Assembly: GCA_000165425.1 (NCBI GenBank)
Contig: CT868452.1
Location: 248,001-312,000 of the forward strand
DNA length: 64,000 nt
From: Paramecium tetraurelia
Lineage: Eukaryota
Direction of reading: 5' to 3'
This document shows, piece after piece, positions 53,964 to 64,000 of this stretch; position 1 is the first letter of the stretch, and each line of letters begins with the position of its first letter. The notes under the pieces were generated by a model. It saw nothing but the letters and a program-made list of their open reading frames with translations, was not told the origin of the DNA and searched no databases. Position numbers and translations under genes: made by a program.

Positions 53964-54842
53964 TCAACATTTTAATCTATTCTCTATTTCAATTTCTAAA
54001 AGCTATCCATTCTCAAGGATTTCACTCATTATTACATCATAAATCTCATTTAACTTCACCAATTTCTACTTAAAAGATCTATTTTCTGAATAGACTTTTA
54101 TGGCATCATAAAATAATTTAGAGCTTGGTTCATCCGATGCATCAAATCCATTTTAATCTAATATTTCTTATCTAATTATATTTATTTTAAGTACTTTTTA
54201 CTATGCTATTTCAATTCTGCCAACACTTATTGAAATGCATTTGAATGTTTTGTCACTTTCACACCACCATTTTATGAAGCATATTATTGGATTATTTTAT
54301 TAAACATTGAGGCACTACTAATCAAAATTTAACATTGAGTTTTCAGGATTAGTTCTTCTTTAATAAATTCTGGTAATTCTATATTAGCAGGTAGGTTTAA
54401 TTCCAATTTTAGAGCCTGTTCGAATCCTAAATTAATGTAATTTAGCAATGCATTAATTTGTTCGTCATCTTTGTAAATAATTTTACAGTTGTAATCAACC
54501 TCATCTTGAGATACTTAATGCTTAACATACACGCTTTATTCAATTTTTTCAATTACTTTTTAAAATTTAGATTCAATCAAATCTTTTAGGCTTTCAGTTT
54601 AATTTTCATTACTTTTGTTATTCTTAACATGACAGAGTTATCTCCCAGTTTCTATCATTCTCTCCCATATAGAGTAATATTGCTTTTAAAGATCTTTAAG
54701 TATTTTCACTAATAACACTTTTTCAATTATCTTTTCTTCTCTTAAAATTATTGTACATTTACTTTTTACTATTTTTATTCACCAAATAAAGACCTAAACC
54801 TGTAACAGCGATAAAACTACTGTAAATTGCTAATTTATTCAT
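53964..54842 (-). CDS. Hypothetical protein with N-terminal signal-anchor
   Basis: MNKLAIYSSFIAVTGLGLYLVNKNSKK; 22-nt intron; TGA 53964-53966. Confidence 0.65.
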
Positions 54843-55425
54843 AAGGTTTGTTAAAATCTATATAAATATTTATTTACAAAATACATAGAACTGAATAAAA
54901 AATATAACAAAGTAAGGAACACAATTCTTTTATTGAACTAAGATGTCTGATGTTTAATTAAAAAGATTCAAAGTGTAAGAATTTTTATAATTTTAACAAT
55001 AATATTCTTTATGTCAATATTGTTTCTATTGAATTAAATAAATAGAATATCCAAATAAAATACTTATGGAAAAGTATTTTTGATAACATAGTAAATCCGC
55101 AATGTACATTAATTGTTAGAAGAACAATAAATAGTAAAATAATGTCAAATTTCATTATTCAAAGAATTAAACTTTATAATATTATTTAATTTATTATCCA
55201 TATATAAATCACAAATGTAGATGAAAAATTAATAATCTTAATTGAATTGGTCTATAATGTCCTGAAATCTATTGGGAAGTAATTTTAATTATTTATAAAT
55301 TTTTCAGAAATTTCATTTAATATTTGTTAAATTTGAATGTTATCTAGATCGAAGTGAGTGGGTTAGCTCATTTAATTAGAATTGTTTGCTTAATGTACAT
55401 TTATATAAATTGATTTTATTTTAAG

Positions 55426-55920
55426 TCATCTATAACTCTTTTATCTTCTGGCACGAGCACCCTTACCACCATATTTACGTGGTTCACATCTTCTTGGATC
55501 AGCAACCAAAAGAGTTCTGTCATATTGTAAAAGAAGATCCTTGATTTCTCTCTTTTATGTTTCATCAATGTATTTTTGATAGTATGCTACAATACCCTTG
55601 CTGATTGCCTTTGTCATTAATTATAAAGTGCTACCTATCTAATGGCATAGATCTAAGCAGTTGTACCACCACCTCTAACAGTGACTCTGATATCGATTCT
55701 GCCTGTTCTGACTTAGCCTAACAACAAGAGTGGCTCAAGAGCTTTTTATCTCAATGGGGCAGGGTTGACTAATTCAATAGGAGCACCATTAACTTTGACA
55801 ATGCCTTGTCATTTATTGTTTAATTATACCTTTTCCTTCTCTAACGCTAGCACTGGCAACTGCATTCTTCTTTCTTCCAAAAGTTTAAACAAGTTTTGAT
55901 TTCACACTTGGTGTTGACAT
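55426..55920 (-). CDS. RPS16: 40S ribosomal protein S16 (uS9)
   Basis: [55 protein letters not shown]; two introns. Confidence 0.97.
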
Positions 55921-56104
55921 ATCCAATTAAATACTTAAAAAAATATTTAATCAAATTTTCAATTGGTTTTTATATATAATCTAAATTTTCTGTAATAATT
56001 AATGAGTTTAATGGGAGTTGGTGATGATGATGAATAATATTGTATTGTATTAAAATGGATTTCTTGTTCATGTTTAATTTCAGAGTTGTTTAGAATTAAG
56101 ATAA

Positions 56105-57610
56105 ATGAATAATTTAAATGAATTCAAAGAAAGAATTTAATTTCTATTGGCAGAAGCCTTAAATCCACCAAAAAAATAATAATGTTTGATAGAATTCAAT
56201 AGATTGCTTGTTGCAAATAAAAGTGATTAACACTAAAAAATTGTGTTGTAGGTATTAGAGACATAAAGAGTGAATGAAGTTAATCTAAGGGCATTAAAAA
56301 TATCAGTGCAAGTTTAGAAATACGATTTGAATTCATCACTTAGAGCAGCTGCCATTATTAATAAGGCATTTAATGAAGGAACAGAAGTGATTTATTAATT
56401 GTGCGGAGAATGTTACAGATTATTAGCTAATTCTACAACTATTGGTTCTTTGAGTGATATACTCTGTAATTTAGCTTTAAAACTATCTTCATAGCCTATT
56501 TAAGTAAAATTGATAATTTGATTCATTAGATCGGCTCTACAATTTCATTGCATTATTTATTGTAATTTGAAGTTACACCTAATTCAAAGAAATAGATATA
56601 ATCAGCATATATAAAAAATTAGCTAATAGTCCATTAATCAATGGTTGAAATAATGATTAAGATAACTACAAGTTAGGATTCAAATTTAGTATAAATACTT
56701 TAAAGAAGTTTAGCCGCACTTTAAGAATAGAAACATACATATTAAGTGAAATAAACATTGTGCAAATTTATGTTAGCATTAGCTGAGTATCAAATCTATG
56801 ATGACAATTTATTAGTAATTATTTCAGATCTTATTTTAGTTATAATGTGTAACTATCTTAAGGGAAGCAACTTTCGATAGAGTAGTATCTGTTTAATAAT
56901 CAGCAAAATTAGCATTATAGTCATATTAAAATCTATATATTGCTAGAAATCCACCTTAGGTAACAACATCTAGTTATTTTCCTGATGTGAAACCGTTCAT
57001 CAAAAAGAAAAGAGGGGATGGACATTTGGTTTTGAATGCAGAGAAATATAAGAAAATGCAAATAAGTTAAGTTAAGTAATAATTGGAGAAAATTTAAGAA
57101 AAGGTAACAGAATAAAAAATCCAAGATTCCCTAATTGATCAATTTATTTAATAAGAATAAAAACAATAAGAATTATAAAACCAAGAATAAATCGAAGAAA
57201 TATAATCTGATTAAGACCAAAATGAAGAAATATCAGAAAACATCAATCCTTAATTATAAGATACCTAATTGTTTGTTGATGAAAAAATAGAGGAAACACA
57301 AGATTTTACAGAAGATTATTATGACAAAGTATTGGATTTAGTAGAGGATTCTTAAATAGATGCAGCATTTAAATTGGCTCTATATAATAATGATGATTTC
57401 CTGGTTATCTAATTGATGATGACAGTAAAAGATTATTTTAGTGAATTGAGTAAGAAGACTGCAGAGTAGTTAATTAAGAAATTTAATGCGATTTATAAAT
57501 CTAATTTTGTTGAAGTAATTTTCAAAGACTTTGCAAAAGAAGCCTTAAGAGCACCCAATAAAGAAGTGCTTAAAATTGGATAAATAAATTAATTATAAAA
57601 ATTTATATGA
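56105..57610 (+). CDS. HEAT-repeat protein, possibly TORTIFOLIA1/SPIRAL2-like microtubule-associated
   Basis: Helical N-terminal half, Q/E-rich linker, C-terminal DAAFKLALYNNDDFLVIQLMM..SELSKKTAEQLI resembling the TOR1 C-terminal motif (from memory). Confidence 0.5.
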
Positions 57611-58666
57611 TTATATTGTTTTTCCTTTTGCAGATTACCATTAATAAGCTAATAGTCCCTCGCAAAGTTATACACGCAATTGATTGTGGAAGTTATTTGG
57701 AGACTCGTACATCTGCTGGTATTAAATACAAGAGTGTAATTTATTGCATCATATTCTAGGATCATCATCATATTGGAACATCAGAATTTGTAGACTATTA
57801 TGAAAGTGTTGAAAATAGAAAGATACGATTTACAGATGACCAATCTCTTTACATTACCCAAAGGCAGGGTTAAAGCTTTGCTTATACCATTCCTATAGGT
57901 AATGAAGTTCCTGAAAACTAAACATATGTTCTTGTGTTGAAATTCGCCGAGGTATTTGATCTAAGATGTTTAGTTACACTACGAAGAAAGCAATTCCAGA
58001 GTGTTTAATATATTATTGGGCAAGAAGATGATTCTATAAAATATAGATATTTCACAATTAGTAGGACCGTTCACAGCACATACAGAATATATAGAAATTA
58101 TAATTGACGGAGGGGCTGTCTATTATTAAGGAAAACCATGTATTGGAGCTTTAAATAACAGAAATGAATTAGTAGTTGGATTTAGCGCAAGTTAAGATTA
58201 AGCAACAGTTGCTGCTCTATTTTTATTTAAAGGTACTTTGAAAGAAACAGATTTTGAGGATAAGGAGAAGTTTCAGGAAAGATGGATATAACTAAACACT
58301 CCTAAAACTAATGAAGAGATTAAAAAGTAAAAAGAAGAAAAATTAAAAAACATTGAAGAAGAAATAAAGGAGAAATAAAGCATTTTAAAAATAAGGGAAG
58401 GATTTGGCCATGAGATTGACATTGAAGAAGTAAAACCACCTCAAAAAAAAGCTGAATGGCCTGAATTCTCATTTTAATTATTATTTATTTTACTCAAAAC
58501 ACCTTTAGGAGCTGTTCTGTTAGTTGGGTTTTTAACAGTGAGTTTTGTTACAATAAGCTTTGTTTTCTTTGACCCATATGGATAAAAGAAATTGAAATAA
58601 TAATATACAGAATTAAAGAAATAGAAAGACATTCCTAAAAAATAAGTTGTACCAAAAACAGATTGA
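57607..58666 (+). CDS. Malectin-like type I membrane protein
   Basis: Signal MIILFFLLQIT; VIHAIDCGS; LYITQR; YVLVLKFAE; RVFNILLG..IDISQLVGPFTAHTEYI; C-terminal TM plus basic tail. Confidence 0.85.
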
Positions 58667-58669
58667 TTA

Positions 58670-60490
58670 TCATTATGAACTTTTATTATATTCAATAAAT
58701 CTATTTAAACAATCGATCTTATTTTCCAAATCTTATTGTATTTTTTTTAGTTCATCAATTCTATTTTATTTTAGATCGCATCCATATTTTAAATTGGTAA
58801 CAATTTGTTCAGCCTTTTACACTTGTTATTCTTATGCTTCTATTTGTCCCAGTTTAATTTTGAGTTATTGATTTTCATTTTCCAATTTCATTAGTAGATT
58901 TTATTCTTATTTAAATTCCTCTTATAAAGATTTTTTAATTGCATAATATTCTTTTTTCCATTATTAATCTTCTTATGATTCATAATCTGTTTCAGGTTCC
59001 TATTTGATATTCCTGTAGAAATTCATAAATTCCTTGAATCTCTCAATTGTTACCCTCAATAAAGAGGTGTATTAAGAATTATTCGATGTTGATTGTTCTA
59101 TATTTCGATTGTTATTTAATTTAGTGAATTCTTGTAATTCTCTATCTTAATTGATTTATTCTAGTTTCTTCTTTTAATCTAATTAAATTAGTTCTCTTTC
59201 CAATTTCTCAATTATTTCTTTTTATTTTTCAATTTTGGATTTATAATGATTAAGTTTTGATTATTACATCTCATTTTTATTAATAAACATTTCATTCTAA
59301 ATTATTTCTTTTTATAATTGATTGATTTCCTTTTTCAACCTATTGTATTTTTCCTCTATTTTTACAATCTTCTCTGGACTTACTAAATTAGGAGACTAAG
59401 TTTAATCATCATTCACTTCTTATAATTCCTTTAATTTTTCACTCAATTATTGTTTCTCTAACTCTCCTTTCATTATTTAGATCTAGGTTTCATTGATGCT
59501 TTTTTTAAGTTCACTTATTTTTAACAGATGATTATTGTTATTTTTTCTAGATTCTGAAAATTTAGATATTTATTATGAGACGAGATTCTCTAATGGATTT
59601 TTAGTTACTATTGGTAATTACTCTAGAACCTCAGCATTCTAAAGCCATGGATGTTTGAGAACTTCCTCCAATCTCAATCTGTCTTGTGGTTCTAATCTCA
59701 ATATTTTTCTCACTAAATCTCTAGCCAATGGTGGAAATGTGTCTGGGAATCGTATCCGAACATTTAAGACATTTTCTCTAATTACAGTTTATTTCTCATG
59801 TGTCATTAAAGAATTCTCCTCTTCCTTATTCAAAAAAGGAGAATGACCAGCCAATATTTCAAATAACAATACACCTAGACTCCATATATCAACACATTAA
59901 GTGTAACCTTTATTCAAATATATTTCAGGTGCCATGAAAAGATATGTACCTTCGAATGTAAATCTTAATTCATCTTTCGCTAATGAATTTGCAGAACCGA
60001 AATCTGCCAATTTGATTGCATTATTTTTTGTTATTAAAATGTTTTCAGGTTTGATATCTCTATGTAAAATAGGTGTAGGTCTAGAATGTAAGTAAATAAG
60101 TGTCGAAACTATTTGTCTATAATAATGTATGGCATAGGTTTCTTAAAGACGAGTGTCTCTTTTTAAAATGTCATATAAATTAGATCCATCAATATATTCT
60201 AAGATTAAGTAAACATTATTTTCATCCTCAAAATGAGTTATGAGTTTCATAATATTTTCATGATCCAATTAGTACATGATCTTGAGTTCTAGAACAGCTG
60301 AATTTATTTTACCATGCCTAATTAGTGTTTATTTAACAATTTGTTTCATTGCGTAAGTCTAACCTTAATATAGTATTCTATAAACAACTCCAAACTATCC
60401 TTTACCCAGCATTTCCTATTATGTTATTTCATCAAGTGAAACTATTCTTTTAGGTTAGACATTAATTATGTTTTCAAAACTTTTGCTCAT
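58670..60490 (-). CDS. Ser/Thr protein kinase (Aurora-like) with C-terminal coiled coil
   Basis: LGKGQFGVVY, YAMKQ, HFEDENNVYLILEY, HRDIKPEN, LADFGS, GTYLFMAPE; 607 codons. Confidence 0.9.
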
Positions 60491-61107
60491 TTAATAATTA
60501 TAAATAAAATCATCAATTCTACAAATTTCAATAGTAAATAACCTTTATCTAAACCAATTATGAACTACATAACTTAACAATTGATCGTAAAATCATAACA
60601 GCATACTATAAGCAATCAGTTGGAAAAATTTTCATAACTAAATATACGGCATTAAAGAAAAAGAGGATTTTCTCTTAAAATAACAAATATGTTATTAGGT
60701 TTAATTGTTCTAGTCTCAAGCTTAATTAAGTAAATCTATTTTCGATTCTGTGAAGCAACTCATTTCGATTCTACAAAAAGAATTTAGTTGAAATTAAGAT
60801 CTAGAGATTAGAACATAATTTTATACTAATTTTAGATTTTGAATTAATTAAAGTAGAAAATAATTATCAAAGTTAATTATGAATGAAGATTTTGAAATTG
60901 AAAAATTTAGGATTAACATAAAGAGTAGAATTTGTTCCATGTATTTGATACTGTGATGATGGTGTGATTTATTTGTAAAACGACAATATTTATATTATTA
61001 TCAAGAAATGAATAGCGTTTTTAATTTGATTATTAAATTAATGAAACTAGTCGTTTTTGTTGTTTAACTATGTGTTTTTCGTATTGATTATTTGCAATAA
61101 TTTTCTT

Positions 61108-62234
61108 ATGAAATCAATATTGCTGATAGCCTTGATTGCAATAGCTTTCACAGCTAGAGTGCAAGAGAGAAATCTTGCAAAAATCACTACAGACCTCAAG
61201 AAGAGTACATACGGAAGTGCATTACTCCACTTAGTCGAACTCCACTCTATGGCAGGAGGACCAGTCTAAGAGTTGATTGATGCTATTGAAGAGCTTATCA
61301 ACGATCTTGAAGAAGAATTGGAAGAATTAGAATTCAATTTCTAAGTCAGAACCAACGAACACAATTCATTAGTGGTTAGTCTTGAATAAGACATCCAAGA
61401 CGCTGTCATTGGTAATAATATCCATTTATTAAACTAGACGTCAATAACACACAAGACACATTAGATAATTTACTATTCCCAAGAAGAGAGTAACTCTAAG
61501 TTAGAATTGAATAAATCTAAGAAAACTAAGAGGGCAACAGAAAGAATTATGATGAAGCAATTCTTGTAAGAGAATAAGAACATGATGATTTCGAACTCTA
61601 AATTGCTGAATTAAATGATGCAACTGCTGCAGTCGATGATGCTCTTGCTCTTCTTTAGACACTCACCAACCCATCATTGTTGTAAGTCAAGAGATTCTAA
61701 AACTCCTTGAAGAACATCGAATAAAAGATCAAGTCAAGATCCAAGATGGCTCCTATGATTAAGGCCCTTATTTCATTAGCTTCAAACTAAAACTTCTCTG
61801 ATCAAGGAGTCATAGGTTAAATCGTTAATGCTCTTAATGAATTTAGAAATGCTATTGTTGATTCAATTAATGCTTAAACAGCTGCTGAAGCTTAAGCTTA
61901 AGCTGATCACGAGGAATACCTTGAATAATTGGATGAGGAATATGCTGAATTCTAAAGATAAATCAATAGAGTCAATGTTGATTTGACAGCCACCAATGGT
62001 ATGAGTCAATTTTGATAATTTATAGAAAAGATCGACTAATTGTCTGAATTCAGAGATTAAAGAGATGCAGACAGAAAATAATACACTGCTGAACTTGAAT
62101 TAGAGAATAACACCTATGCTGAAGAAACCGATACCTACACCAACTTAAAGAATGAATTCACAAGAGAACTTGGAATCAGTGAATAAGCTTTATCTGTTGT
62201 CCAAAGTGCTGATTTCTCAAACATCTAAGTTTGA
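61108..62234 (+). CDS. Trichocyst matrix protein precursor, T1-like
   Basis: Signal peptide; YGSALLHLVELHSMAGGPV; RTNEHN..LEQDIQD; PSLLQ; NFSDQG; acidic coiled coils. Confidence 0.9.
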
Positions 62235-62342
62235 AAGGAATGAATTATTTAGGTTTCTTCTTAATCAAGCACAAATATTTTTTCAATTTTTTTTCTTTTT
62301 TTAATCTTATCACAAATTATCGTTTTTTATATTATTAAAAAT

Positions 62343-63509
62343 ATGAAGTTTATAGTCTTAGTATGTCTTGCTTTGTTAGTCACAGCAAATGACTATGAAT
62401 TACTTTCTGAATTATCCCAATATGAATTTGGAAAAACAATCATAGCTACAATGCAAATCTCCCTATCAAGTGAAGAGTATATACCATGTAATAATAATTG
62501 CATAGCTCAAATATCGATGGAATCGTTCATCAATTGAAATCCATGTAAACTAATGCATAAAGTGACTTAGAAGAAAATACTTAGAATTTGAGACATTAAC
62601 AAGAACTCTGCAATCTTCGTTTTGATGAAATTTAAGGCGTTATTGATTCTGCTTCAGCCAAAAAGGCATCAGATGAACAATTATTCCCTCTCAGACAAGA
62701 AGAATTGATTGCCAAAAATTAATAACATAAAGATAAAGTAGGATAAGACTAAAAAATCAAAGACAGACTATCTGCTTTGGATAAGGCAAGAGAAGAAGAT
62801 AAAGTAAATTATTTACAATAAATTACTATAGAAAGCATTTGAAGCTAAATAAACAGAATCTGTTGAATTTATCCAAGGATTGAAGAAAGCTAAATCCATC
62901 GTTTCATAACTCAATAGTAATTTCATCTAAGTTGCTGATGTCAAGTCTAAATTACATAAACATTTAGAATCCTTACACAATAAGTAAACACCTTATAATG
63001 GACTTGTTAAGATGTTAGTAGCAGCATCAGGAGATGAAAACGTTTCTAAAGTCGTATAAATTATTGATGAATTAATTGAAGTAACCAATCTATTCAATAT
63101 TTAAAGTCTTTGGAACATTTATAAAAGGTTGGACATAAAGGAGAAAAAGCTAAGGAAGAACTTTATCTCTTATAAAAAGAAAGATATGAATTAGAAAGTA
63201 AGACTCTTGAAACAAGTTTGGCTGATTTGAATGCAGATGCTGAAAAATTGAGATAAAATTTATTAGAATTAAAGAATGATATTGAATCTAAAGGATAATT
63301 GTTAGATGTTAAGAACTAAGAAAAGGCTGATTGGTAAAAGACTTGTGACGATGAATTGAAAGGTCACTAAAATATGAGATAATAAAAGTATAGAATCCAC
63401 ATTTATCATTAGAAACACTGAGCTTGGAATCATCAACGAATGCATCGAAATTTTCACAAGCAGATTCAACGATGGAATTAAGAGTTACATTCAAAAACTA
63501 GAAATATGA
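62343..63509 (+). CDS. Second, divergent trichocyst matrix protein-like precursor
   Basis: Signal peptide; ELSQYEFGKTIIATMQISL; ELC; NFIQ; VSKVVQIIDEL; WQKTC; several mini-introns. Confidence 0.75.
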
Positions 63510-64000
63510 TTCAATTTATAGAAAATAAATAAAATTATTATATGCTGTTTCTCTCTTTATACTTCATTTTAATATTTTATTTCCTAACAATCGTAAACTT
63601 CAAACGATCAAGTTTAGTCTATTTAGTTATGCATGTGAAGAATTTGTTGGAATTGATTAATTGGATTACTATTTGCCTTATAAAAATCTATTTTCATTTC
63701 TGTCCATTGTAATCATTTCATAATTATAATAATAAGATACATCTATAGAAGAATTTATAAAATATAATTCATATAAATGATAAATTAATTTATAGTAATA
63801 ACAATTATAAATCACAGAATTATGACACTGGTAAATGATTAAGATATTTGGGTAGGTAAAAATTTATTAGACTAAAATCTAATACAATTGAAGAATGATT
63901 TTTTATAGGGGATATAATTTTTGGCTATTAATTTACACTGAATATCTTTATATAAGTTATGGAAACATTGAATTGATAATCAATAAGTTATAAAATATTT

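Noticed and set aside
56000..56095. Possible C/D-box snoRNA (TGATGA motifs) upstream of RPS16
   Set aside because: No D box (CTGA) or terminal stem identified; would need an Infernal/snoscan search.
60560..60890. About 108-codon open code-6 frame
   Set aside because: With TGA as the only stop such frames arise by chance; no motif support.
1..64000. Transposons, retained IESs, telomeric repeats, CRISPR, rRNA/tRNA
   Set aside because: No transposase or RT motifs, telomeric G/T arrays, TA-bounded frame-breaking inserts in the conserved genes checked, or structured RNA genes recognised by eye.

Overview
AT-rich, gene-dense eukaryotic DNA with the hallmarks of a Paramecium-type ciliate macronuclear chromosome. 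TAA/TAG encode Gln (translation table 6), TGA is the only stop, GT..AG introns are about 20-34 nt, and intergenic gaps are often under 30 nt. The supplied standard-code ORF track therefore shows only fragments and antisense artefacts. Re-translating by hand gives about 38 gene models. Recognisable products include a cathepsin Z-like protein, SK and CNBD K+ channels, a cyclophilin, an LRRC34-like protein, a lipocalin, a CCDC180-like protein, a porin-like protein, a UFSP-like protease, NUBP1, epiplasmin, RLP24, SNRNP40, RPS16, malectin, a Ser/Thr kinase and two trichocyst matrix protein genes. Most notable are (1) a NAK-like pseudokinase-ANTH-polyQ-TKL kinase fusion, (2) a PH-polyQ-START-OSBP fusion with about 66 consecutive TAA/TAG codons, (3) two ATGA stop/start overlaps plus 11-21 nt divergent spacers, (4) predicted pseudoenzymes (cathepsin, cyclophilin), and (5) small predicted lipid-anchored proteins. 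No mobile element, telomere, rRNA, tRNA or CRISPR was recognised. Gene models are manual and no database searches were run.
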